A program made the position numbers and the translations under genes. DNA of 64,000 nt, taken from NCBI RefSeq assembly GCF_964204645.1, contig NC_134026.1:11431950-11495949 (forward strand), given 5' to 3'. The notes beneath the pieces are model-generated. The model was not told where the DNA came from, did not search any database, and saw only the letters and a program-made list of their open reading frames with translations. Source of the stretch: Tubulanus polymorphus. Lineage: Eukaryota; Animalia; Nemertea. Positions 51,777 through 64,000 of the stretch are shown here, piece by piece. The stretch's first letter is position 1; each line of letters starts with the position of its first letter.

Positions 51777-52939
51777 CTGTAGGCAATATGTAGTAATGAG
51801 ATTTTTCGCGTAGAATGTGCATTATAAATCTCTTATCCAATAACTGATTAAGTGCAGTTGCCATCATGTTGGTAGTTACCATGGTAGTCATGTTGGCAAT
51901 TATTTTGAGAGCAGTTCTAGACTCATGAGTTGTAACAGGACCTGACATGACATATAGCATTAATGTGTAACTACTGATGACTCAGCAATGCAGCATTAAA
52001 TGCTTCTCACTCTATGGTTTATGCAGCTGTCAACTTGCTGTCTGTATCCACCTCCTCGACAGACTATCAATATCTTTATGACAAGAAATTGTTAATATGC
52101 ACTATTCACATGATAGTGCATGTTTAATTCTTCATCAAAGTTAAACGTCAGTAATGCTTAACTGCTAGAGTCTGAGCATTTATAATCTCTAAAGATATCA
52201 TTATAGGGCTACTCTTTATTTCAGAAAGATTCAGAATATGGTGCTTGCCATTAGTTACCACAGCGGTGCAAAGTTGCAGGAATCAATTGCAGTTTCTTTG
52301 AACCCTTTAACTAGGCCTTAGGCCATATAGCGTCTGTGTGACGCTCTAACACACGTGTGAAGCACGAATATACGTAACAATACATGTGTTCTTCCAAAAA
52401 GAAGCCTCATTCGCAAGGTTTCATATGTTAGCAAAAATGAACTTCGCTTTAAAGCGTGAGCCCACGACTATTGTCTATTTTGGTCAGAAAAAATGGCAAA
52501 TTATTTTGAAAAGGTCATAAGAGATGGACATCTACAAGTTTACATATTGCTGTAATACTAGCAGCGAGCACAAAAGGCCTAAAACTACCATTGGCGATTG
52601 GCGATCAATCCAAATATAGAAAATATTGGCAAAAACCATAGGAAAGGGTACAGTACTCGACGGAAATACACACGTCTGGGAAAGTTATGAATACAGCCAA
52701 TACAAATAGATTGTTTGGCCTCATTACAATAAATCATTTTGTATTGCATCCATCGCAAGAAAGTTATTTCAAATAGAGACAGCACCCCTTTAGCTTTTTC
52801 ACATAGACTGAGATTTCTATCGTTCATAGTGAGAAGATATTATTTCTTGCATAGAACACTGTAATAATGCCTGAGGTAACTAGGGGTCCAGGGACACCAT
52901 ACCCACTTGGGAAGTGGTTTGAAATGCTCAACAAACAGA

Positions 52940-54070
52940 AAATTTCAATAACGCCCCTGCTATACATATTAAGATAATAATGACCTTAAAACTCACCACA
53001 ATATTAAGTGGTTACAAAATAAGCCTAGAGACCAAAACAATATGAAAATACTAAGTTCTTCAGCTATTTGATGCCCCTGGTAACCATATTCAAAAACCAA
53101 GGAGCTTTAAACTCACTACAATCGTAAAGCATGTCACAAGGTACAATTTTGCAATTCGTTGTGGTTACTAAATATGCCTAGGTACCAATACAATATGAAA
53201 TAACTAAAGTTGTTTGGTATTCAAAGCCCCTGGTGATAGAAACTGGTGACCTGGAAACTTTTCACAATCATAGAAAATGTCATGAGCTACAATTTTGCAA
53301 TTGTTTGTGGTGGGAAAATATGCCAAGGTATCAATTAAATATTAATATACTAAGTTATTCGACTATTCAATGCCCGCTGGTGGCCATTTACAACTAGGGA
53401 TCCAGGGGCACCATGCCCAATTGGTGGTTTCAAATGCTAAATATTCTAACAGATTCAGTATTCAACGCCCCCTGGTGACCATGTACAAAACCCAATGACC
53501 TTGAAACTCAGCACAATGATAGAATATATCGAGAACTAGAACTTAGCTATCGATTGTGGTTACAAAATATGCATAGGTACCAAATGCATAGATACTAAGC
53601 TATCCTACTATTCAACGCCCCCTGGTAACCATATGCAAAAAGCAAATACCTTGAAGCTTACCACAATCATAGAACATGTCATGAGTTAGAATTTTGCAAT
53701 TTATTGTGGTAACAAAATATGCCGAGGTATCAATATAATATGGAAATACTAAGCAGTTCTACTATTCAACGCCCCCTGGGGACCATATACTGAAACCAAT
53801 GACCTTGAAACTCACCACAATCATAAGATATGTGAAGAGTTGCAGCTTTGCAATTGATTGTGGTCACAAAATATGCATAGATACTAATACAATATGAAAA
53901 ACTAATAATATGTAATTTATTGTACAATTCAACGTCCCCTGGCGACCATATACACAACCAATGACATTGGAACTCACCAAAATCATAGAACATTCCAAGA
54001 GCTACAAGTATGCAATTGATTGTAGTTACAAAATATGCATACCAGGTACCATTATAAATAGACAAATTGT
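52940..54070 (+). repeat. Diverged tandem repeat of about 150-160 bp
   Basis: ttcaacgccccctgg..aatgaccttgaaactcaccacaatc recurs (e.g. 53461, 53611, 53766, 53928); a related unit lies at about 59890-60010. Confidence 0.85.
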
Positions 54071-54859
54071 ATATTATTCAATATCTAACTCCTCCTGGTA
54101 GCAAGAACAAAGAATTGGGTGATCTCAAATTCCATATATGTCTGTGAGGAGATTTATCCTATGACTGTGCTTATAATGATCGAATATGAAGGCTATATGT
54201 TCATACCTGCTGTAATTTTCCTCAAAAATAATTTTTCCACCTACGAAGGGATGAGTACCGATGACACTATGATGGCCACCAATTGATTGATAATTTGCTG
54301 ATCCAAAATACTGTCACATGCATTAAGATCCCTTTTCATAGAATACCCACCACAAGTTGCGATGAAAAATACCAAACCAGAGTTCAGGCCAAAATAGATT
54401 TTTTTTGGGCACAAAAAAGGTCACAGGACGGCCATCTTGAGTCTCATCACCCCATTTCTTTTCACGCTGATGGGCCCTTGGGGAATACAACTATTCCTGA
54501 ACGATCAAGGTAATTGATTAAAGCGTCTTCAAAGTTTTCCTTGAAAACTTCAAAAGTGTAATACCTGCTAAATTTGGCAAAAAATGGCTGCCAGTTGGCC
54601 ATCTTGAATTTGACCGGGCCAATTTTTGGGCTCAAGATACATGTATAAACCAAATATCAAGACATTACCTTGCAGCGTCTTCAAAACTTCTCAAAACTAT
54701 TGAGCCTCGAATGCCCCCGGCCTGAACTTCACCGCCACATGAAGTTACAGGGTTCGTGGTAAATGCGTTAGAAATATTGAGGCCACAATTCTTACTATAA
54801 GAATGATATTAGAGAACATGTGTACAAAGAGTAAAAAATTTATCACCTCTACGCTGTTT

Positions 54860-57800
54860 TCCCCTGATGGCCATAATTTGAATCAGTCAACAATTGCGGC
54901 CTCTAGGCTGTTAACGTCGTTTGTCATGTTTTGCCCCCTGGTGGCCATAATTTGAATCGAATCAACCCAATTTCAAATACGGTTTTGGGTAAAGTGATAT
55001 CCTACTTGTGTACCAAGTTTGTAATGAATTGGTGAAGAATTGCGGACTCTTGGCTGTTAAAATAGTTTTTCATGTCGGCCCCCTGGTGGCCATAATTTTA
55101 ATCGACTGGACCCAATTTTGAATGGAGCTCTTCCCCAAGTGATATCCTACTTGTGCACCAAGTTTGAAATAAATCAGTCAACTATTGCGGCCTCTAAACA
55201 TCATTTTTCATGTCGCTGGGCCGGATTTATGTCCAGTAACCGAAACATATTCCCAATCCAAAGCTAATTAATTTCTCCCAAATTGAATAAAAAATTCCCA
55301 ATGAACTCTTATATTCTATACAATAAAGTAATTGAAGTTGTGTTCTACTATATGCGCCGCTAGCTGCCGGTTGGTAGTTCTACCAGACTGATTGCATCAA
55401 TGTTTCCATGAATTAGTCATATAAGAAAAGAAAAACCGAGAGTATGCTCTAAAGATTTCTGTTTTGTTTTGTTCTTTCTTTATTCGTCGATCAGCCGTGT
55501 TTCCGGACTGAGCCCATGTCAGGCGCGGATCCAGGGCCATTCGGTGACTACAGCACAGTGAGGGCACCAAATTTGAAAAGGGCCAGTATTAATGCCCAGC
55601 GAGTGAGTTTGAGTTTGAGTGCCATTTATTGGTATCATGCCACTAAATTTGCGTTCACTTTCAATTTTCTTGTGCTTTTTTTTTAGATTTTTGACGAAAT
55701 TTGCCCTTTTTCGATTAGATTTATATAGCGACAATAATGTCTCTTTTACAATAGTGCCCTTTTGAGTAAAGGAAAATGCCTTAGATTAATTTTGGGCAAT
55801 TTATTTTCATTCACATTTTGCTTTAGTCCTAGCACAGAAAGGCAATTATTTTTTATGGCGCACAAATTGTGTGCCCTTTTATTTACTTATTTCCAGAAAC
55901 AAACATTTTTCGAAGGCATTTGAAAACTGCGACTACCGCACGTGCTGCATGTGCGATAGTCGATAAAATGATATTATTGTTGAGAAACATTGTCAATTTC
56001 AATAGGCATCTGGTATCCTAAGGTATTGTTTTTTTTTCTATAGCCGGTGCTGTATCTGATGTCAATGAACCACTAGTAGCCAAAGGTCCTTCCGAATCTG
56101 ATCGTGACGATTCCACCGTCCCCGCTGATGAATCAGTAGCTGATGTCATTGAATCTACGGAAGCCGAATCCATACCCGGTCCTTCCGAATTCGATCGTAG
56201 ACGATTCCACCGTCCCCACTGATGAATCAAGAGGCGATGCGATTGAATCTACGCAAGCCGAATCTATACCTGGTCCCGAATCTGATCGTGACGATGAATC
56301 ATCTGATATTTATGTGACTGATGATGAGATCACGTCAAACAAAGTAGACGGCAGATTTATTGACTGCATTTCTAAGTATGTAAATTTGTACAAATGGGCT
56401 TCATATAGTTTTCTAAGGGTGGTTGACTGTGTAGGGTATTTTTCCAATTCTAAGATGTCAAATTTGTTAGCATCATCTAGCTTTAAAGTGGACGATCATC
56501 CGAACAGGCAATTCAAAAGGCATTTGGATTCACGTAGCCATAAAGATTCATTACGCAACCAACAGTTGTATAGATCCAATTCCAGTTCGGTAATAGATAA
56601 AATGAAACAAGCTTCAATGACACAAGTCGATGTTAACGGGGTAAAACTGAAAAAAAATGATACAGTGCCTCGAATTCATTGTTCAGAAAAAGTGGGCACA
56701 TGTACATAACTTCAAAGATTTTGTTGAGTTTATCAAAGAAACATTTGAACAAGGAAATATGAAGTTTGACTTAACCACTTACACTTCATATCAGGCAATT
56801 GATGAGATCCTGTCTAGCATGGGCGAGTACATCCAAACGATAGATTTTAATAATTGGCGGGAAGCGCCTGTTAACACTCTCCTCACAGATGCTGCGACAT
56901 ATAAGTCTCGTCATCAGCAGTTTTGTATATTGGGGCGATGGCCTTGGGTGGATGGTCAGGTAGTGGAGAAATTCATCAGCATCGAGCCCATTAGCCAGGA
57001 AGGGGAAGAATACCTTGCAGATATAATAAAACAATTTCTCAAAGACAAAAATATCGACCCCAAAAAAACCTGATTTTTGAAGCATTCAATGGCACAAATG
57101 CCATGTCAGTCCACAAGTCTGGCTTGCAGCGCACATCGCCGAACTTGGCCCCGTTCGTCGAATATATAAACTGCCGTTGTCAATGACTAGCTCTCGTTTT
57201 CGCGCACCTCATAAAGCAATATCCCCATATTGCATTCATGGATACAACACTCCTTGCGCTATGGAATCTATTCCACCAATCTCCGAAAAATCTCGCAGTA
57301 CTCGAGACTTCTCAAGCGATACAGGGTGGGAAACCAATGAAAATGATCATGCCTTCAACTACTAGGTGGTTGTTGCATCGTGATTGTACGATCAGAGTAC
57401 TGAAACGTTAAAAGTTTATCCTTGATGCCTAAGATGCAAAAAGAGTCAGGTGACGCCGAATGGCGTGGAATTAAACTCAATCTGTCAGAACATAAATTCA
57501 TTCTCAGGAACAAATTTCTGAGCGACCTTTTACACATCACTGGCAAAATGAACAAAACGTTTCAATCCAGCCATCTGGACTAGAGAGCTGTACCTGTCCT
57601 TCATGAAACTGCCCTGGAAGAAATTGACAGCATTATTAGCCATGTCAACCGATTAACTGTAGAACCTGTGGCTGCTGCTGCAAACCTGCCTAATTTTGAT
57701 TCCGTCGCCGATTATTTGAAAATCGTGATTGAGAGCTGTGAACTGGGCCCAGTTTCGAGAGGTGGTCGTGGCAAGGAAAAGACCGTGAAAAATTTTGTAG

Positions 57801-59835
57801 AATCCTTGGTAGTGCCACTGCTGAAAGAACTGAAAGTCGAACTTTCAAATGCGACCGAAGCGTCAGGACTGCTGACATCGTTTTCTGTTCTCGATCCTAG
57901 AAATTTACCGACTACTGATGATAAAGATTATGGCGTGAATGAGATAAGTTACTAGCAGATTTTTACGGAACCACGAAACAAGACACGTACAACGGAAACA
58001 CTACACTCACTAACCCATTTCTCTGCAGATGAAACTGTTGTGGAGTGGCCTGCCTGTGTAGCGACCATGAAATCGCTGAAAGCGCTATACTTGGCTCGTA
58101 TGTGAAAATATGTGAAAAACGGAACTGATATCGTGCTGTACACCTCAAAGATACTAATGCACGATTTATCGAAATCTGACTGCGGTTGCGGTATCCCTAA
58201 CTGCACACTGCTGCAGAAAGTGCTCTGCTTTGCCCCAGTGGGAACTGTGTCCGTAGAGAGTCTCGTTTGTGTTCTGAACGGCATGAAAACTTCGCAGCCT
58301 GCCCACCTGAAAAGTCAAACTTTGAATAATTTTGTCAGAATAAATATGAATGATCGAAAGTTAACACAGCCTGATTGGGATGCCATAATAGACATATTTA
58401 AATCCAAATGTCAAAAGGGCGAAAACCACAAAGGGGCAAGAAAAGTTCTCTTGCAAACTAGTTCTTAAGTTAAATTGGATTATTTGAAAGATATCTTACA
58501 GGGGTTGAATACATAATTGTTAGTAAGTTTCTATTTGAGAATTCTCTCATAAACTTTGTTGACGTGGGAGGTAATAGTTTGTATTTTTTAGAATTATCTT
58601 GTAAGCTTTGTTGACGTTGGATGTATATATGCCCTAATTAAGGTAGTATTTTCAGAGAATTTTCTTGTAACTTCGTTGGCGTCAGGTTTTAAATAGATTA
58701 CTATTTTTGTGAATTCTCTGGTAAACATTGTTGACATTGGATGTTTGTACATGAGAATAAGATTTAAATAAAACAACAAACGACTAGTTTTTATGAATAC
58801 AGTATTTATTTACAACGCTTTTTTTAAATACCTTGGCCGACGTGCTGTCATCTCTCATCAGGTTTCACTGAACGTCATCCACTGAGTGACGTCAATAAAA
58901 GGCGGAGAGTTCATTTCCTTCTTTGCTCTCATTCATTCATGGTATGATCACTGTGGGTGGCGTCGAACAGTTTTGGCTGGCTACCAGTGACATAGTTTAA
59001 ATACGATCAGTATTAAATGACGTCACTGGCAGCCAGCCAAAACTATTGACGTTCAAAGAAGATCGCAAGTAGCCTAAATTACCATGCTATGTTCACTGAA
59101 ACACTCAGCTCGCCGGTAAACTACTTTGAATCGGAAGTTTTTTTTCGCAATTACGTTAGTAACGGACATTTTCCCCAGCGTGATGCCTGTGTCAGCGTCC
59201 TGGTGGCCATAATTTGAATCGAATCGACCCAATTTTAAATAGGGTTCTGCTCCAAGTGATATCCTACTTGTGTACCAAGTTTGAAATAAATCGGTCAACA
59301 ATTGCGGCCTGTTGGCTGTTAACGTCTTTTTCTATGTCGGCCCCCTAGTGGCCATAATTTGAATCGAATCGACCTAATTCTAACTCATTCACTCCAGAAT
59401 AGCCAAATTAAAAATTGCGAGCAGCAGACGAAATTTCCACCATTTTGGTTAATAAGGGATTCCCCCTCTGGTACTTCCCATGATCAATAGTGTCTGACGC
59501 GTTGCAAACGGGATTCCATGGAATTCCTCACAAAATTTATGATAATATTGTTAACTTGTATTTTGATTGGTTAAAATCAAGTCATGAAAGCCACTCTTAG
59601 CGGCTTAGCGTATGCAATGGTAAATACGACGAGCCGCTAACAGCGGCTTAACGTAGTCATTGAGTAGAATAGGGTTCAGGCCCAAGTGATATCCTACTTG
59701 TGTACCAAGGTTGAAATAAATCGGTCATCAATTGCGGCCTCTAGGCTGTTAACGTCACTTGCGGCGGCAGCGTATTCAGACGGGGGTAAATATATATACC
59801 CCCTCTCAACTAAAGTTGAGCCGGGGGAATAATAA
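54860..59835 (+). repeat. Helentron-like element with about 140-bp units, split by the hAT insertion
   Basis: ccctggtggccataatttgaatcg..gtgatatcctacttgtgtaccaag units at 54860-55215 and 59190-59760; terminal hairpin cccc.ctcaact-aa-agttgag..gggg at about 59798-59827. Confidence 0.65.
56143..58468 (+). pseudogene. hAT transposase relic
   Basis: RHLDSRSH, LLTDAAT, INCR, SPKN, TTRW, FSVLDP and PVGTVSVES..GMKT...L; frameshifts; candidate 5' end ctgggccggattt at about 55216. Confidence 0.75.
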
Positions 59836-60234
59836 CTGGATTCCTTTTACGGACGGATGGACAACACACAGACAAAAAGTGAACACAACAAAAACCAATG
59901 ACCTTGAAACTTAAACACAATTTACAAAACTTAGCTTAACAATTGAAAACGGTTACAAAATATCCAAGGTACCAATACAAATAGGCAAATTTTCTATAAT
60001 TCAATATTCACCTCCTCCTGAGTAAACCCAAGTCCACGTGAGGAGATGAATACTACGATGGTGATACAATTTATCGATTGCATAATGCTTGACTGATCAA
60101 AGAATATCTCTGATATGTTTAGGAGTACACCCATCACAAATTTCTATGAAAAATGGCCAACAATATGGGAGCTAAAGGTCTTAGAATTGAGGGCGAAGAA
60201 TAGCTCGTGCAGTGCTTTGCTGGGTCGAAATTAA

Positions 60235-63200
60235 AGGACTACTGAACAATTTTGTTTTTTCCCTTGAATCAATCCAGTAAGATGTAATAAATGATAATCT
60301 AATGACCTTAGGTATATTTGTTTTCATTTCGAATACTTTTAAGAGGTTTTTTCTTGCTACGGCAAACCAAAATATACGTAGTCGCGATGCTCAGCAATCT
60401 CGGGTAATCCCCTGTGGTGACGTCAGCGCGAGATGTTGAGAACCTGGAAGTATTATCAGCCTCGTTCAGATAGCGATAACAACAGGAGATAAAGTGATTA
60501 TAAACAGATTTTAAAACGATTTTAAACTATGCCACGGCGTTGTGTGTACTACAATTGTAGTACACAAGATTCCTTGTTATACAAATGGCCGCGTGATCCA
60601 AATATTGCTAGAGTATGGACTGCTTTTATGAGTACAAAGTGAGCACGATGGAAGCCTTCGTCATCAAGTGTGCTCTGTAGAAAACATTTCACAACGGAGG
60701 CCTTCGACAATTACATGGAGTGCAATGCTGGTTTTGCTAATAGGTTTGTATATTAAAAACATCAATCCCATAAAATAAACTGATACCTTGATTCTACAGC
60801 TTTTGAAACAAATCATATTTAATTCACTTTCGAGTGACCTGGGCCTAAGTGTGTCATGTATAATCAGGCGACTTGTAATTAGTTTGGAAACAACTGACTA
60901 TTATGATGCATTTTTCACTTCAGTCTTCGATTAAAGAAAGATTCTGTACCAACTTTGCATCTCAATGATTCTGTTGTGTCGAATTCTGTTGACTCGCCTC
61001 AGAAAGCAGATTTTTTGAGTCCGCAGATGCAGAAAGGACGTTCAGCTTTTGAAAAGAGACGGAGGCTAGCGATGGTCAATGATGCGACTCAGCCAAGTGT
61101 AGCTGAACCAGAGCTTCAAAGTATTGACTTTGAAATTGATGGTGATGCCGATCTCGATAAGATGTGGGAAACTGTAGCTGTTCAAACTGAACCTATCACA
61201 TCTAGTAAAGGTAATTACATCCATTCGAAATCATGAATAAGATAGTTGCCTACCTACTTTTAATTTCATATTTCATTTGTTGATTATAGAAATTGAATAA
61301 GATTTGATCAGTATTATTCAAAAATATACTTTTAATTTCATATTTCATTTGTTGATTATAGAAATTGAATTGAATTTAATCATTATTATTTAAAAAAAAT
61401 TTTTCAGCAATCCAAACTCTCATATGGAGACCTAAGTACTTTTGTCAACGTCGACATTTCCCAAAATATTCAAAACCGAAAGTCAAAAGCTACAAAATCA
61501 GACGCACCTCACGTGGGGTTCAATGTTCCCTTCTATCCCCAAAGACAAGACCCAAGAAGCGATACAGAAAAGCTAGTCAGAGCAGTGTCTCATCAAACAA
61601 GACAGATTCTGATGAAGAATATCGTCCAGAGTGCGACACGGAGACTGAATCGGATGATGAATTTCAAGAAGAAAGTTTGAAATTTGAAGAAATGAAGTAA
61701 GATGATCATTACATGTAGCCTACCCTCAAGTTAGATATCATGACATAGAAATTTGTATTTGATTTTGTCGAGAGATCAATACTAAGATCTGTGAAATTAT
61801 AGAAGTATTTTTACTTGCAGGAATGAAGATGACGTTGAATTTCAGGATCAGACCAAGTTTATTGTTTATCAGTCTGCTCTGCTGATACTATTTCAATTCT
61901 GCAGTATCTGCAAGGGTGAAAATCTTGTCTCGAAGAGTGTGTCTTCTACCTGTCTGACAGTTAGAACCCAGTGTAAGCTGTGTAAACCACAGGACCACAT
62001 GGAAAAGTGAGCCATCCATCAAGGGTATTCCCGTTACCAGTATATTATTGAGTGTTGGAATACTACTGACAGGAAGCCTAACAGCAAAGGTTATCAGGTT
62101 GTTTAAGTAAGTTGAAACCAATGCTTGTCATCAAATTGTGCCTTAATTTTCATCGACTTTTAAAAAATACATTTCAATATATAATTTCAAACATTCATTG
62201 TCAATCCAGCTTCATGAAAATTCAGTGCCTTTCAACGCGAACAGTGTATAACCATCATTCGAAATACATCCATGCCGCTATACGACAAGTTTGGGAAAGG
62301 AAACGCGAGTCTATGCTTGATAGTCTCAAATCATCTCCACTGTTGATAGGAGGAGATGGACGCTGTGACTCACCTGGCCACTCGGCAAAGTACTGCTCAT
62401 ACTCGATAATGAATCTGGAGACCAATAAAATAATAACTTCTGAGTTAGTCCAAGTAAGTATGCCTTGCAGTTATTCAGGGTTTATGAATGTGGATTCGTT
62501 TTTTAGGTATTTTGTTTTTTTAATGTATAATTCAGTCAAATGAAGTGACATCATCAAATGCGATGGAACTTGAAGGCTTAAAAAGATGCGCAGAAAAACT
62601 GAAGAAATTCAAAATCACAGCTCTCGTAACTGATATGCATTTGTCCGTTAGAAAATGGGCACGCGACACTTGGAAAATTCCACATTACTATGATACTTGG
62701 CATTGTGTCAAAGGTGCGTAAGTAACACAATTTTGTAAATGGTTTCTTAAGGCTTGTTCACAAAGATCTACGTTTTGTTTATCATTTTATCTGTCAAGCG
62801 GTCAAAAGAAAACTTGAACGCCTAGGAAAGCAAAAAGACTAAGGTTATCAAAGAGTGGATACCCAATATCAAAGTCCATTTGTACTGGTGTGCCCAATCC
62901 TCAGAAACAGGAGACCACGAGACAATAAAACAGAAATGGCTGACATGCATACAGCATGTTCAAAATAATCATGAGAACTGTCTCCACGCATCATATTCTA
63001 AAAAAAAGAAATGGTTAATTCCAGGTATATTTTTCTATTCTCTATTTAATAGCTACCCGGTTAGATAATTAAGTGTAAATAATTGTTTTCATTTTGATTT
63101 ATTGATCTTTCAATTTTTTAAGATCCAATGTTGCATCTGAATTTGAGAATCTTGCAACTAACACGCGGACAGTTAATCAGATAACCAATATGTCTAGCTA

Positions 63201-63550
63201 TGGACAAACCAGCAGTATCGAATGCTTTCATAACATCTTAAATCATTTTGCCCCTAAGATGATACATTTCTCTTACGTCGGAATGCTCAGTAGGTATGTA
63301 AATACATGTAAAAATATGAATTTACAAAATCACATCATTGTTCTACCTGGTACATTATCATTCTATCTTCATTTCAAATTCCATTAGGATCTGTATAGCA
63401 ATACTTCACTATAACGAAAATTCTGAACGAATTCAAGCTGAAACGAAGACTGGTAATCAGCGATGGCAGGTGCACTATCCAAAGTATAAAGATGGTCACG
63501 TTTTAAGAAAAATTCTGACAAAAACCACTCATCACGACGATACGCGATAA
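60235..63550 (+). mobile_element. Kolobok DNA transposon (transposase side), 3'-truncated
   Basis: TTAA|AGGACTACTG terminus at 60231-60244 upstream of a spliced THAP-DDE transposase. Confidence 0.75.
60529..63550 (+). pseudogene. Kolobok THAP-domain DDE transposase (multi-exon, with stops)
   Basis: MPRRCVYYNC..WP..W..LCRKHF and LKKDSVPTL (THAP); GDGRCDSPGHSAKYCSYS; LVTD; YDTWH; TSSIECFH..FAPK; LHYNEN. In-frame stops at about 60640 and 62840. Confidence 0.85.
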
Positions 63551-64000
63551 GGCAATAACGACTAACAATGTGAGCGCGTAGTTAAGCAAGGGCGCGCTAT
63601 TTTTAACTTTCTGATCGCGTGACTTCATGACGTCACGAGGCATAATGCTAGTGAATAGGAAAATCTACGGTTTTTAGTGGCATGTTTCTTGCGCTATTTA
63701 GCATAATCGTCCCCTGCCAGATTGCAAATAACATTCAACTGGCCTGGCTCCACCGCGCTAAATTTGCCGTTTTTTGAAATTTCCCCGACGTTGTCGCCTG
63801 TCCGGCTCGAAAGTCTAGCGATAATCGGACGACCTATGTGTAAGTATACCACCAAATACATCAGGAAATACTTAATCTGAGGATAAGAATAATTATATCT
63901 GTAAACATAGCGCTGAGCGTGAGCTTATCTAGTTTTAATTGATATATTATAAGTGGTGTTTTTGTAACCGTATCGCTGAGAAATCGTGTCGCTCCTAACC

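Noticed and set aside
52585-52827. 80-aa ORF with CIGC, resembling small Maverick proteins
   Set aside because: Motif is incomplete and has no supporting neighbours.
54207-54240. Candidate upstream PNLDC1 exon (VEKLFLRKITA)
   Set aside because: Phase fits, but it sits among repeats, extending it upstream hits a stop, and there is no motif support.

Overview
AT-rich animal (probably marine invertebrate) nuclear DNA, not prokaryotic. It holds the 3' part of one host gene on the minus strand: a PNLDC1/PARN-family (CAF1, DEDDh) piRNA 3'-trimmer. Twelve short exons between 51776 and 2592 splice by hand into a PNLDC1-like protein with VGHN and HEAGYD motifs, an RRM-like region and a hydrophobic C-terminal tail. 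The 5' exons were not found in this window. The very large introns and flanks hold mostly decayed mobile DNA. The main element is an endogenous Polinton/Maverick (adintovirus-like) block at about 22.2-28.9 kb (packaging ATPase, rve integrase with chromodomain, major capsid protein, membrane proteins, pPolB fragment), with related fragments at about 3-6.8, 14-17.3 and 39.8-40.4 kb. Also present: Penelope-like and L2-like retroelements, a Gypsy relic, a MULE-Ulp1 element, hAT relics, two Kolobok pieces (KolX; THAP transposase), Helentron-like non-autonomous elements and satellites. The most unusual signals are repeated long fold-back palindromes in the virus-like DNA and a 4.3-kb TIR/TSD-bounded transposon that carries such a fold-back segment. 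All family assignments come from motif recognition by eye; no database searches were run.
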